Of a DNA stretch of 64,000 bases, positions 49,838 through 63,099 are shown in pieces; the first letter of the stretch is position 1; every line of letters begins with the position of its first letter. This stretch comes from Anthoceros angustus (taxonomy: Eukaryota; Plantae; Anthocerotophyta): the NCBI GenBank assembly GCA_010909165.1, contig VJWM01000068.1, positions 434,001-498,000 of the forward strand, given 5' to 3'. The notes beneath the pieces were generated by a model. The model did not search any database and was not told where the DNA came from. It saw nothing but the letters and a program-made list of their open reading frames with translations. The translations under genes and the position numbers were made by a program.

Positions 49838-51150
49838 CTAACGATATTGGCCGTCAAACAGGCCGCTAAACGGCTCTAATACGAGGTTGTCCTCTGCCTC
49901 CTCAGGCTGGTCCTGTTGGACTGTCCATGACGATGTATCCCTCAAGCTGGATCTGGATGTCGGGGCTTCAACAGCCTGCCAGTGCTGTGGCTGGAGACTA
50001 AGAGTCTTAATAAAGTGTTCTATGGTTGGTCCCCAGACCGTATCTGCTAATTTCGAAGCACTGAAATCACTCGCATCCGTTATCTCTCTGACAGCCTTTA
50101 TCATCTCGTCGGCAGCATTCCACGAGCACTGATTCCATAGTCTTCCAATAGAAGTGACAGTCAGGGGCTCCGGCAAAGTCCGCAGCATCGCATTGAACTT
50201 ATTGCGAGCAGAAATGTCGAGAGGATGGCTGCCACAAGCAAAGCTTAGGCTCCATCAGCTTCACAACATTTGTCAAGGACTTTCAAAAGCATATTTGGGA
50301 CAGCAATCATCACCTGGAATCTGGAATGCTCTCTGGCCAAAGAGAAGGAGGCTTCTCCGGGTAGTTTGGGGGAACATGGATTCCAAGAGGAATTCGCTTT
50401 GTCTGCATGGCAAACAACCAAGAGCAATATAAGCCACAGAAATTGAAGTCAGGCAAAGAACAAAACATTCTCAAGAATGCTCACAACTTCCTGCACAATC
50501 CATTGCTCAACAGACTGGCAACTGACCGATTCGAACCAAGGGCGCCATTGTTCTGTCACAGCAATCCCTCGGTATAAGCAGGTAACAACAATCCCATCCT
50601 TCGCTTCAGCTGCAGCGTCCTCTGTTGCCTCTTCACTAACCCTGACGACGGTGTCTATCATCCGATCATTCACCTCCTGAATTTCTGACTCGAGCTTTTC
50701 ATACTTACCCATCTGTTCAAAATATTATAGCCAGCCTCTTGATCAGAATTGCTTCTGCTCAGCAAAACAAGCTTCCCAGTACTACAATTTGCGCGGGGCG
50801 CACAAGACAAGCGGAGCATCCTTGATCAACCACACGCACCTCCATTCTCGACCTCATCTTCCTTGCAATAATTTCCTCTGGAGATACCGATTGGTGAACA
50901 CGGCTCATTGAATTTCGTTTTCCTATCGTCCCATCATTCCATACCCCCAAAAGGTTTTCCGGAGCCTTAAGAGATACCCATTGGGGAACACGGCTCATTG
51001 TATTTCGTTCTCCTATCGTCCCATCATTCGAAACTCCCAAAGGGTCATCGAATTCAGCTCGAACTACCTCTGGATACACCGATGCGAGCTGCACAGCAGT
51101 TAACCGATCCAATGTGTAATGGATGATAACACGGACGGAGCATTTCACAG
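49838..51150 (-). pseudogene. Mediator subunit 15 (MED15a)-like C-terminal fragment
   Basis: LESEIQEVNDRMIDTVVRVSEE..GIVVTCLYRGIAV and KFNAMLRTLPEPLTVTSIGRLWNQC resemble the plant MED15a C-terminus (LLEEIKEINQRLIDTVVEIS..RFNILLRSLSQPMSLKDIAKTWDAC, recalled from memory). Confidence 0.7.
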
Positions 51151-52189
51151 GACCACTTTCCCTAGATCCTACGATGTCTCAAGCCCCTGACTCAAAGGAT
51201 TCCTGATCGGAAATGGATACATACTGCGGTGGCAATCAGCCCATTCGGTTCCAATCTTGCATACAGAACAAGTCACACGACCTTAATCAGAGGAACCATG
51301 CCACTAAGACTCGGACTACTTGATTTAGTTTGATTATGCGGACCTTCCTTTTCTCTCGCAGAGTAACCTCCCGTATACGGGTAATTCCATCAGTCTCCTC
51401 CCCAGCCGCATCTGCATGGAGTCCATGCGCTTCTTGTGTCCCTGGTGGGAAGTTCGCGTGCACAGACGAGGTGCCCGAAGTATCTTGGTCGGCCATTGAT
51501 AGACCGCTAATGCAAAAAACACTGATGACTCTCTTTGAGAGAAAAGCTAATAAATATGAGCTTCATAGTATCACACATGGTTCATGTATTTCCGGAATCA
51601 CACCACGCATGAGATCGCTATATTAGAGTATTTTTATTATTATATTATATTATATTATATAACTCTGAGTATCTACAAATATATATCTTTTAGTTAATAT
51701 AATTTATACGGGTCTTGCCCCAGGGTTCATCCTTCTACCAAATCGAATAGTCTAGATATCTACACTGATACCATTTGTGTCCAATGAAAAGCACCGTGTT
51801 CGAAGATGATGTTAGTCTAGATCATGAACAGCCACAACAAGCCATAATCGTAGACCACCAAGTACCCAGCTTCGAACTTCAGGTATCCGTTGCTGCTCTT
51901 CACTTGGGTACAATCGTGATGAAACTGGAATGTTAGGAATGCAGGATCCTAGGAGGATAAGATCCAAAATAGTGTTATATTACACAGTCCCTACCCTGTC
52001 GAGATTGCTGAAAAGTTCGGTGGTTTGCTTTGGAAGCAAAACCAGATGTCATGTCAAATAAACCTACGGATGGTTCCCAGACTGTAGCTGCTGATTCGAA
52101 TGCATTGGATTTCTCGGACTCATCGCCGCTCGTCTCATCAGAATCATCTCGTGGGCAGCATCTCAAGAGCACCGGTTCCGTAGTCTTTC

Positions 52190-54791
52190 GATATAGCTGA
52201 CAGTCAGAGGCTCCGACAGAGTCCGCGGCATTGCATTCAACTTGTCGCGAGCAGAAATGTGAAAAGGATTGCTGCCAAAAGGAAAGCTAGAGCTTCATCA
52301 GCTTCACACATTTGTCAAGGACTTTGAAAAGCAAAGTTTGGAAAGCAATCAACACCTGACTGTGTAATCTGGAGTCCTCTCAGGCCAAAGAGTAGGAGGC
52401 TTCTCCGGGTAGTTTCCGGGAACAAGGATCTCTAGAGGAACAGTCTCTTTGTCTGCATGGCAAACAACCAAGAGGAACAAGACACAGAGATTGCATTCAG
52501 GCACAGAAGCCAAAGATTCTCAAGAACGCTCACAATCTCCTGCAAAAATGATTTCATTTCAATAGTTGCGCAACGGACCAATTCGAACCAAGGGTGCCAT
52601 TTGTCTACCCCAGCAATCCCTCGGTATATACAGGTAACAACAATCCCATGGAATTCGCTTCAGCTGCAGCGTCCTCCGTTGCCTCTTCACTTATTTTGAG
52701 GTCTGTGTCAATCATATATCTTGTTGTCTGTCTATGCAAGATTGTACTCATACTTGCCAGTTCTCACAAGATGAGGCTGTAAATGGTGGCCTCAGCTCAG
52801 CAGGCATCCTTGTCCCCTTCTCAATTAGATAAGTTCAAGGGATTGCATGAGCTTCAGCAGTGCAGACAGTGCCAAGCTTTTCGAATGTCGGAAATTCGTT
52901 AACCTCTAACATCAGTCACTGTTCAAAGCTCCTCACAAAAGACGGCATCAAGAGTCGCTTCTCTGGATGCAAAGCCTGTACAGCCATGCCAAACTGCTAC
53001 CCACGGCTGCACAGACGAGGGGCCTCATGCTCCCAGAATGGGGCACTGCCATACCACCACCTTCCATAGCACTGCAGAGCTTACAGCCTCATACCCGGCA
53101 GGGAATGCCCTGCTACGACCCTGGCATTCCATGTCACCACATTCTGTTGACCTAGTCTGTCACACACCCTCTGATCATGAGCGTCCTTCAAGCTGCCACA
53201 TTTTGCACCCGTGTTTATCAAGCTGGTGGCTACAAAACCCATCCGCGTCATCTCCTTGTGCCCTCATCTGTGCATGACGCTGCTGCACCTTCACCACAGC
53301 CAGGGTACCGACGAATGTATGAGAATTGGGTGCAGCCATGCCCTCATCATGCATAGCACCGTAGACACGAAGGGCTCATGTTCGGGCTCATTCATCTGCG
53401 GGCAGGACACAGTTGTTTACGCAGCTTTCTCTGTCTGTGACTGCCACCTGCGAAGTCGTCCAACAGCGAGCGGTTCCGACAGGCTTTCACAATCTTCCGA
53501 CAGAGCGATGGCCACAGTGACCGGACTGCAACTCCGCTGTCTCGCTGTTTTACCCTGGCCAGGGACGCACGTCCTGGTAACCGGGCGACCGGCGGCTCCC
53601 GGTATCGGTAACCCGCTGCAAAACAGATGAGGGAGCTGCGAGGAATGTTGGTCAAACACGAGCTGCACCGATCCGCAAGGCGCCATTCGATCTGGGCCGT
53701 TACCGTTCACAAAGATGTCACAGTGGATCTTTGGAGACCAGGTTTATCCAAGCCCTCGGTTCAACAGAACGAGAACGAATCTCTCAGATCAGCATGCCCT
53801 GAAGTTCAAAACATTTTGCCATTGAGCTAGTTGGGACACAATTGATCCACGACCGGCTGCTGCTGCCAAGTATGTGGATCTGGATGTTGCTTTGCTGCTT
53901 TAGCAATGGCTGCCGCGGGTGCTGGAGCAGCATCTGCTGCTCCTGCTGTTGCTATTGCTGTTACTGTTGACGCTGCTGCTGTTGCTATTGCTGTTACTGT
54001 TGACGCTGCTGCTGTTGCTGTTGCTGTTACTGTTGACGCTGCTGCAAGGGCTGAGGCGGCTGCCGCTGCCACTGCCGTACATGCGCTGTTGTAGCAGCAG
54101 TGACTGCTGATGCTGCTGCTCCAGCTGCCGCTGCTGTTCCTGACGCTGAAGACGCAGGTGCGCCAGATCAAGTGAAGTACTCTGCGCAAGATGTGGGACA
54201 GACGTGGTCGCCAGGGTGCTCTGTGCAGCCTGAGACCTGCCTGCTGACGGATGAGTTTGGTTCCTCAGTATACCCATCCAACCTGTTCAACACAGCGCAA
54301 TTGAACCAGAAATAAGGCAACGAGAGATGGACAGTAAGCTACTTGAACCACACCACTCCATGCGCCCTCCCCAATAGCCTCCCCCCTTACCTGGGTCACC
54401 ACCTTGGGAAATTGCTCCTGCCATTCCTCCGTCAGCAGGAGGCTGACCTCGGCACCTGGGAGCAGAATTAAGCAATTCGCTCGTCCTCTCCTGACCTTCC
54501 GCGAGCGTGTGCCTCTGCAGAGTTTCCGTTCTGCAACCAACAACTAACCCCATTCAGAAGAATTCCTCCAGACTCCTCCGATTCACTGGTGGAAACCAAT
54601 TCTATTTCAGCGGAAACCCCTAACGGACAACATAGTACGAAGCTCCCTCGTGTTCTGCTCCCCCGCCCTGATGAAGAATCGCACCACCTGCACCAAATCA
54701 GACTATGGCACAACCTAGAGGGGGCGAGCCAAACTCACAGCCTCTTGGCGTGACTCCCTGGCCAGTCGTTTCCATCGCCGCCTGCATCCAT
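52190..54791 (-). pseudogene. Degraded MED15a-like gene (partly deleted KIX start, Q-rich middle, C-terminal domain)
   Basis: ATG at 54791 MDAGGDGNDW..|gtgagt; exon ETLQRHT..; Q-rich tract at 53900-54200; 52200-52720 is a diverged direct copy of 50170-50670. Confidence 0.65.
53930..54125. repeat. GCT/GTT-rich trinucleotide tract with three 33-bp units
   Basis: gctgttgctattgctgttactgttgacgctgct occurs three times. Confidence 0.85.
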
Positions 54792-55093
54792 GGCGGCCAA
54801 CTTTGAGCTCAAGCCTTCGCCGGCCACACTACCAATCCTTGGCAGCACCACCTCTTCTGCTTCGCTCAAAGAGCCCGGAAGTGGCACATCTGTATTTAAA
54901 GAAACCACGGCCAAAAGACAAGCCATGTATTTAGTGTAAATCATATGTTTAGGGTAATTTATGTTATCTAGTAAGAAATGATTTTTTAGAAAATTAAGAG
55001 ATTTCGCTTAGAGCGAAGCAGCAGAGTTGGTGCTGCGAAGGATTTGCAGTGTGACTGGCGACGAGTTTGCCTGCGAGGCCGAGTTTGCCCGCC

Positions 55094-55715
55094 ATGGATG
55101 CAGGCGGCGATGGAAACGGAAGCGCGGACTGGAGGTCGCACCAGAATTGTGAAGAGAATGTGAGTTTGGCTTGCCCCCTCTAGCTTGTGGCATCGTCTAA
55201 TTTGGTGCAAGTGGTACGATTCTTCATCAGGGCCGGGGAGCAGAACACGAGGGAGCTTCTTCTTCATACTCGGGGCTTTCCTCAGATTTCACGGACTTTC
55301 TATGTTGCCATTCAGGGGTTTCCGCTGAAATAGAATTGGTGTCCACCAGTGAATCGGAGGAGTCTGGAGGAATTCTTCTGAATCGAGTTAGTTTTTGGTT
55401 GCAGAATGGAAACTCTGCAGAGGCACACGAACGTGGAAGGTTAGGAGGGGATGAGCGCATTTTTTGATCTAGCTGACAGGTTTGAGCGAAAGACCTTCGC
55501 CGCTGCTACCAATCAGATAAGTTGGGTGGGAGTGTAGACGGGGCGGCTCTTTTCTGGCTGTGCTGTTTCTCATGCTGGCTCGCCATGTGCTGTGTCTGTT
55601 CCAGCAAGATTATCTGCGAAAGATATCGTCGAAGATGCTTTTGCTGGAAACCCGGGCGCAGTCACCTCCTGACGGAGGAATGGCAGGAAGAATTCCCCAG
55701 GGTGGTGACCTAGGT
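55094..55715 (+). pseudogene. MED15a-like KIX-domain pseudogene (may extend further 3')
   Basis: MDAGGDGNGSADWR..RIVKR|intron|METLQRHTNVEG*EGMSAFFDLADRFERKTFAAATNQ|intron with mutated ATAAGT donor|QDYLRKISSKMLLLETRAQS, matching plant MED15a KIX (METLKKH..RFEEKIF..NQTDYLRKISMKMLTME). Confidence 0.85.
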
Positions 55716-57764
55716 GAGACGGGGAGGCTCTGGCGAAGGGCGCATGAGTGGTGTGGTTAAAATAGCTTACTTTCCATCTCTCTCGTTTGTAACCACCTGC
55801 TCCATTTGGCCATAAAAAACAAGCGCCTCATGTCCTAGCCCTTGCTGGGCGTACCCAGCTATCAGGGCAGTCCATGTCACCACATTACATTTTCTGTGTT
55901 CATGCTGTCAAAAACCTGGCGTGAATCTTCAGTTCACCACATTTTGCATGCATGTCCAAGGGGCAGTTGCCATTCTGGCCTGCGCAGATCGCGAGGGCAA
56001 ATCCGGACCCCGTTTTGGGACTCTGGTCCGAAGGTGGCTGGGATTAATATTCCATGCCCCCTTCCCTCGAAGCTGCCCGCTGCAGGTGTCCCCGGGTCCT
56101 CACGGATCGGAGGGGGCCGGACCGCACTCGTACCTTCCCCCAATGGATGCTGCGCATGCACTCGTCCTAAAAAACATAACATATATTGAAGACGAGGATG
56201 CTTCCTGTGCAAGAGCTACAGGAGGAGCACTCTCTTCCGCAGTCCGCCGGGGTGACAAATGATTTTCCTTGGGTGTTGGGAGTGGGACTGGCCAGAATCA
56301 GGCCTAGGTCCCGCCCGGCCCCCAGTACATTGTCACGACCACGGGCGCTCCCTGCCACAGCTACAACCTGTCATCAATCCGGCCGGCCCGGCAGAAATGC
56401 CTCGCATCACTTGTGTCTGCTGACCGGGATTGCCAGTCCAACATACTCGACCCCTCTTCTCTGGAGTCATGGTATTGTTTTGCGGCTGTGTGCTCGACTA
56501 TTATGCTGCTATGTAGACGGAAGCCTGGAAAGCCAGGGGGATCCGGAGCACACTGGTGGAACGTCCTCATCGAAGGATTGGTGCTCAAACCAGGAGATGC
56601 AGCTGTGGCCCACAGCTGCATTAGGCTGTTTCACTCAGAATTTGTGAATAAACATCCCTAGCTATTCGGAGGAGGAGGTCCCCGCTGTCTAGGCTGCACC
56701 AATGATGCAGCTGCTGAGGCTGGCGCAACCTCGAGAACCTCAGCTCAAGCTTGCCTGCTACTGTACAGCCGGCAAGGGCTGCCAGCTTTTCCAAAATGGT
56801 TATTGCGCCCTTAAGGCTTCTTACCCTCCACACCTTCTGCTTCAATGCAACTTTCTCCACGGTTCACCACCATCACGATACGGCCCCCCGGGCCTTAGCT
56901 TTTTGTTCAACCCTAACCAAGCGCTCATGGTGAGCAGACTACCTTACACTTTGCGTCTTCCTGGTTCTGAGAAGCTGGAAGTTCAAACGTATCCTTATCT
57001 AAGATAATACCTACTTTGATTCCGGGAAGTGGAGTTTAAATTAGATAAAATGGTATTTTTAGATAGGTAGTTGATAAAAATAGTTTAGTAAGATATGTGG
57101 TTAGTGGTAGTGAGGGGTTTACTTAGTGCTCAAATGACTAGTCTGATTTAGGCAGTTTACAAGCTTCGTGGTGAAGGAAGCCAGCCTATTTAAGAGGCTA
57201 GCTCTGAGCATTTAGTTCTAGCACTCTTGTGGGGGATAGGCTGGGTGGCATCCGGCCAAGCCTGCTTGTTTCTCATGGCATTTTTATATGGGTACTAACT
57301 TGTAGTTTATTTGACGCATCTAAGGGGCACTAGTGATGGAGTTTGAGGAGGATCATACCGCGATGGGATATAGATGAGAATTGGGAGGAAGGGGAGCCCT
57401 CCTTCCAATTCTCATCAATGTCCATCGCGCTTTGATCGAGCCTTATACGAAGGAGGTTCCTCATGAGGAGGAGGTGTACACGCTAAACAACGGTGAAGGG
57501 TCATTACATCTACACGACATGGAAAAGGTACATGCTCAAGCTTGCGTGCATGAAGATATGCATGTACCTTTTAATCAAGCTTAAGCCTCAATGTCCTTAG
57601 TAGCATAGTTATCGTCCTAGAACGACCCTTCACTGCTCTCAAGCATGACTAAGACGGCATCGGCACATATGCAACAGGCCAGCTCGTCAATGTTAGGATG
57701 GGAACCATCCTTTCATTAATTTTCAACCCGGTTGGGAAGGATGGGAACCATCCTTATAGAATTT

Positions 57765-58842
57765 TTCAACCCAGTTGGGAAAAAATAACAATGATGTAGC
57801 CCGGTTGCGCAAAAATAACAGTCTTGCAGCCCGGTTGCGCAAAGATATCAATCTTGCAGCCCGGTTGGACAAATATAACAATCTTGCAGCCTGGTTGGGC
57901 AAAGAAAACAATCTTGCAACCCGGTTGCGCAAATATAACAATCTTGCAGCCCGGTTGGGCAAAGAAAACAATCTTGCAGCCCGGTTGGGCAAAAGAAAAA
58001 CAATCTTGCAGCCCGGTTGGGCAAAGAAAAACAATCTTCCAGCCCGGTTCGACGAAAAAAAAAACAATCTTGCAGCCCGGTTGGGCAAAGAAAACAATCT
58101 TGCAGCTCGGTTGGGCAAAGAAAACAATCTTGCAACCCGGTTGGGTAAAAATAATAATCTTGCAACCTGATTGGGTAAAAATAACAATCTTCCAGCCCTG
58201 TGGACAAAAATAACAATCTTTCAGCCCGGTTGGGCAAAAATAACAATCTTGCAGCCCAATTGGGCAAAAATAACAATCTTGCAGCCCGGTTGGGCAAACA
58301 TAACAATCTTGCAGCCCGATTTGGCAAAAAAAATAATCTTGTAGCTCGGTTGGGCAAAAATAACAATTTTGCAACCTTGTTGAGTAAAAATAATAATCTT
58401 TCAGCTGGGTGGGAAAAAATAACAAACTTGCAGCCCGGTTGGGAAAAAGTAGCAATCTTGCAGCCCGGTTTGGCAAAAATAACAATCTTGCAGCCCGGTT
58501 GAGAAAACATAACAATCTTGTAGCCCGATTTGGCAAAAATAACAATCTTGTAGCTCGGTTGGACGAAAATAACAATTTTGCAACCCTGTTGGGTAAAAAT
58601 AATAATCTTTCAGCCCGGTGGACAAAAATAACAATCTTGCAGCCCGGTTAGGCAAAAATAACAAACTTGCAACCCGGTTGGGAAAAAATAACAAACTTGC
58701 AGCCCCGTTGGCAAAAAATAACAACCTTGCAGCCCGGTTTGGCAAAAATAACAACCTTGCAGCCCGGTTTGGCAAAAATAAAATCTTTCAGCCCGGTTGG
58801 GCAAAAATCCCAATAACAAATAACAATCTTCAACCTAGTTGG
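57765..58842. repeat. Minisatellite, 30-bp unit AATCTTGCAGCCCGGTTGGGCAAAAATAAC, about 35 copies
   Basis: Contiguous head-to-tail units with no unique spacers. Confidence 0.96.
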
Positions 58843-59338
58843 TCAAATTTGTTCTTAGAGGAGACTGGAGAGTAGGTTCACCCGGGCGCGCTGGCCTCCC
58901 TCGTGTTCTGCGCCACATTACTCCCTTCTGTATCCGAGCCCCGAGGCCAGCACACGTAGTGCACGCCCATCGCCTTCATCTTCCTCTCGCGTACGTCTCG
59001 GGGACTGTCAGGCCGGGCTGAAGGTAAAGATCACCATCTCGCCCTCCTCCTCTAACTACGACGGTGCCAGACTCCCCTGCCTAGCGGCAGCAGTAACTTG
59101 TTCTACGTTGGAGGAAAGAGCATGGGATGGACCACCCCTTCCTTCGACACTAGGGGAGACATTCTCGGCTTCAGGTCCGGTGTCTGATACTTCAGCAGCA
59201 CCAAGGTCGGTGACTGCAATGCCGGAAAGCGCTTCAACATCCAGTCTTGGCACGACTATCCAAACTGGCCCTGGGTAGCAATAATCTGTCGGGTACGATT
59301 TCCTCCTGAAGGTCTGGGAGGATTGCCACTGACATACT

Positions 59339-61480
59339 TGTTAGAGTAGATTACGCACTCAGCATATTTAGGATGCACTTATTTGAGATGCATTAATTTA
59401 CGTTTATTTAATTGGTTAGGTTTCGCACCTCATCAGTCACGACGGTTCGTCTTGCACCATCATGCGACTCTTAATAATTTGTACTTGCTTGTTTAATCGA
59501 TCGGTTACTTTGCATAAACTCGTGATGGTATCGAGCATCGAGCGTAACCGAGAATGAATAGCGGATGCCGCTGCGAGGCACATCCCGTACTGTGGCAGGA
59601 TGGTGTGCATCGCCGGGACACCATGATGGCCGAGAAGGTCATCAAACTTACTTCGTACAAAATCTTTGTTGTATCTTCTGCCCGCGATGGCCCGTAGGAG
59701 GGGCCATCGCTCTATCAATGCCTTAATTGCGGGTGGCCGTCTACCACGGCCAGCCGAAAGGATTACCCACAATCCAAACAATTCCAGACCCATTTGGCAG
59801 CATACAGCCACACACTTCACCGCACGTCCGACAAACTCCACTAATTCCCTTTGCGATTTGCAAGCCACTCTTGATGAATTGGCAAACAAACAAGATCGCA
59901 TTTTCACTATCTTGGATCGCAGAACTCGAAACCTCGAGAGGATCATTGAACTTTTTCTTCAAATTGTGACCCACCTTGACAGGCCACGAGAGGAAATTCA
60001 GGTTCTTCGTTACTTGGATCATCCTCCCATGGATTTGTGACCCAAGAATTTGGAAACGTTGCGTCGGTTGGTGGAGGATGCCATACACCTCTTCTCCTAT
60101 CCGATGACAATTGCCACAGCAATCTTCTCTACAGTTGGTAGCACTCTGCAGCAACAATAGCAAATTACCTGAGGAATCTGGCCAACTGAACAATGGGAAC
60201 TGTGGTGCATAATTACAATGTGGAAATCAAGGATCGAGACCGTTTTAATGGGCAGGACTACGACACTTGGGTTGTCCGAATGACTTCCATCCTCGACGAG
60301 GCTGACCTTATGGGTGTGGTGGATGGCACTGATCCAAAAGTGGTGTTAGATGCTACGGCCTCAAATCAAGCGGCCGTTGATGCATGGAAGAAGAAAGATA
60401 AAAAGGCAAGGAAGCCGATCCTTGCTGGCCTTGAACGGCCCATGCTACACCAAGTAGATGGGACTACCACCTCAAAACAAGCCTGGACTCAACTTGCTAA
60501 TCTCTACCAAGCTGAGGACTTGGGCACCATGGTGGCAGCAGTTAAAAATCTCTTTTCTCTACAAATGAGAGAGTCAAACACGGTTCAAGGCCACATCACA
60601 CAGTTTTAAACAGCACGCTCCAAGATGGCAAGTGTAGGCTGGAGGCTTACCAAAGTTGAAGCAACGGCAATGTTTCCGACAACACTCCCTTCCACCTACA
60701 ATGATTTGATCACATCTCAAAACCCTAGAATTCGTGATGCCCGATGTCTATTAAAGATAGGACATCAGGAGCCAAGGCACAGGCTGAGGGAGTGCTAACA
60801 GAGGTTCTCTAAGCATTCATCCAAGACAGCACAACAAGGGGAACGGCCAGCACCTCAAGATCCAACAGGATCATGTCCGTTGGCCGTGGTCGAGGTCGAG
60901 GATGCCCTTTCTGTCCTCAACAACGGGATAGTTCACACAGCCGTGGTGCACAATCTCCTCGACCTGAACACAACAACGAAAAACAGGTAATTGTAACTGG
61001 TGTGGCATCCCAGGCCACTGCGAGAACGAATGCAAGAAAAAGGTATCTAACATGCCTCAGAGGACTAACTCCTCTGCAAACACTATAACCACTGCTAGAC
61101 GAGCACCTATGACTGCCTCACCTGGCATCATGGCTGTCTACCTTACCCGGAATCCTGTCGACTATCATGGCTGGTACTTGGATTCTTGTGCCTCTGTGCA
61201 CATATGCCACACTAAATCCTTCTTTGCTACTTATGAAGCAATATCTTCAGACACTTTCGTGCTCTTGGGAGACAACTCTGGCCTAAGAGTCGCTGGGAGA
61301 GGCACAGTTCCTCTAAGTAAATCACAAGTCACCTTACTTAACGTGTTTCATGTCCCTGTCATGGTGAAGAATCTGATCTCCGTTGCCTTGTTGATGAAGA
61401 TGCAGATATTTACCCTTGTTTTTGACCAAAACTGCTGTACGATGAAAAGACGTGGTCATGATCAAATTTCTAGCGTGGAC
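59339..61480 (+). mobile_element. Truncated, degraded Ty1/Copia LTR retrotransposon (gag, zinc knuckle, protease)
   Basis: Gag RFNGQDYDTWVVRMTSILDEADLMGVVDG..WKKKDKKAR..SKQAWTQLANLY (from 60193, stop at 60607); CNWCGIPGHCENEC knuckle (~60990-61035); protease WYLDSCASVHIC..TLLNVFHVPVMVKNLISV; no INT/RT after ~61480. Possible short 5' LTR from TGTTAG (59339) and PBS-like TGGTATCGAGC at ~59526. Confidence 0.85.
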
Positions 61481-63099
61481 ACAACTGCATTCCAGTTGAG
61501 GCAGATTTGAGATGTGCAGGGTACATTCCTCAACGAATACATGGTTATGAGGTCCTTCCGGATGCAGAGGAAGAGCTTACATTTCAACCGCATCGCCGAG
61601 GACCATCACAATTCTGGGCAAAGGAGGTATGTATCAGCGAAAAAGATAGTCTGAAGGCACAAGTTGTTTCTTTGAGTGCCAGAAGGTTGCAGACGACAAC
61701 AAGTGAACTTTTGGAAGATGGGCAGCAAACGTTGGATGATGTATGGCAGCCTGCCTGCACAGTTGACGACCCCAAGTGTGATGTGAACGAAGACGAGAAG
61801 GCCTTGGAAGAAAACGACGAATTTGAAGACGAAGAAGATGAGCGCATTAGAAACCTGGCTGTTGTCTTAGACTCTGTGACAGGAGAGGCAGTAGACGAGT
61901 CGCAGTTGAGCCCTCCCAATGATCCATTGTAGACGTCCTGTATTTGGTCTGACGGTATTAAACGATAAGTTTTGTGGTCGGATAGAGGTATACAGTTCAA
62001 GGTTGGCCACTCCCATAGTTTGCAGTTAAAAAACCTTCTTCAAGTGGCAGAATTTTAATTTTCTTTCCTCCGCTTTGGAGCATTGCTTTAGGGTTCAACT
62101 ATCGCCGCCACCGCGATAGTTTATTACACGCACATGGAACCGCGTGAAACCGTTGTTTCGAAAATGGGATCTATCGGACAAGGGTGGACATACGTCACTA
62201 ACGTGAAAAAATCATAGTTTCCAGAAAGGTGCGATGTGTGTCAAGAGGGTCCACCAACAACTGAAGAGGGTTTGTATATTCCCCCTCTTGAAGGTTTAGG
62301 GTGTTATCGGCAAGTGCGTGCAAAACACGCCAACTTGGTTGAACCTCCACCACAGCCCAAACCTCCTAAATGCAAAAGGACAGAAGTCAATGTCGAGGCA
62401 CGAGCTTCCGGGAAACGGAGGATTCCAGCAGGAGGAGGTGCGGGTGGTGGTCATGACCAACCAACATCCAGACCCACAGCTGCAGTAAAGTTGACTCTGC
62501 TTCCACAAGGAGCATCAGATGGGAAGAGTGGGCCTTCCCAAGGGCCATCACAGTGGCGGCCTAGGCAAAGCAAGGGAGCATCAGGGCTGCTTGATGACAA
62601 CGCATCAACATTGTTCGATGATTTCGGGATTGTGCCAGGGACCACTTTGGAGAATCCTTTCACTACGGCTAAGAAGAATGTCTTGACTGAAATTTGTACT
62701 GATCTATCAGAACAGGGGCTACTGGACAAGGAATGGTTAATCCATGAAGAAGGAACGGACTCCACCCAACAGAATTTTGATCCCATTCCGGCGCTCTGGG
62801 TGAACGGGTATATGGATGCGTTGAGGACGAAGATTGTAGTTGGGTACATTCTATGGGCTTGAAGTATGAAGTCCGCAATTCGTAATGAAGCTTCTAATAT
62901 GCACAATGAAGGAGAAGTTCTTTGTGAAGAATTTAATCACCGCTCGGGTCTTGAGTGCGACAAGCCGATTCCAAGGCGATGCAATACTCAAGACCGCGTA
63001 GGGATCGGACGCAATGGCGACAACAAGGTATGTGGACCGTGATGATTATAGCTTCCAAGTTTTTTCTCGATGGCACCATGTCGTATCGTGGAGATGCAC

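Noticed and set aside
57765-58842. CRISPR-like array
   Set aside because: Units are contiguous with no unique spacers, there are no cas genes, and the context is eukaryotic. The ORFs over it are repeat translations.
61507-62862. ORFs 61507-61932 and 62236-62862 as Copia pol continuation or host genes
   Set aside because: No integrase or RT motifs and no recognisable domain; probably fragments of another degraded element.
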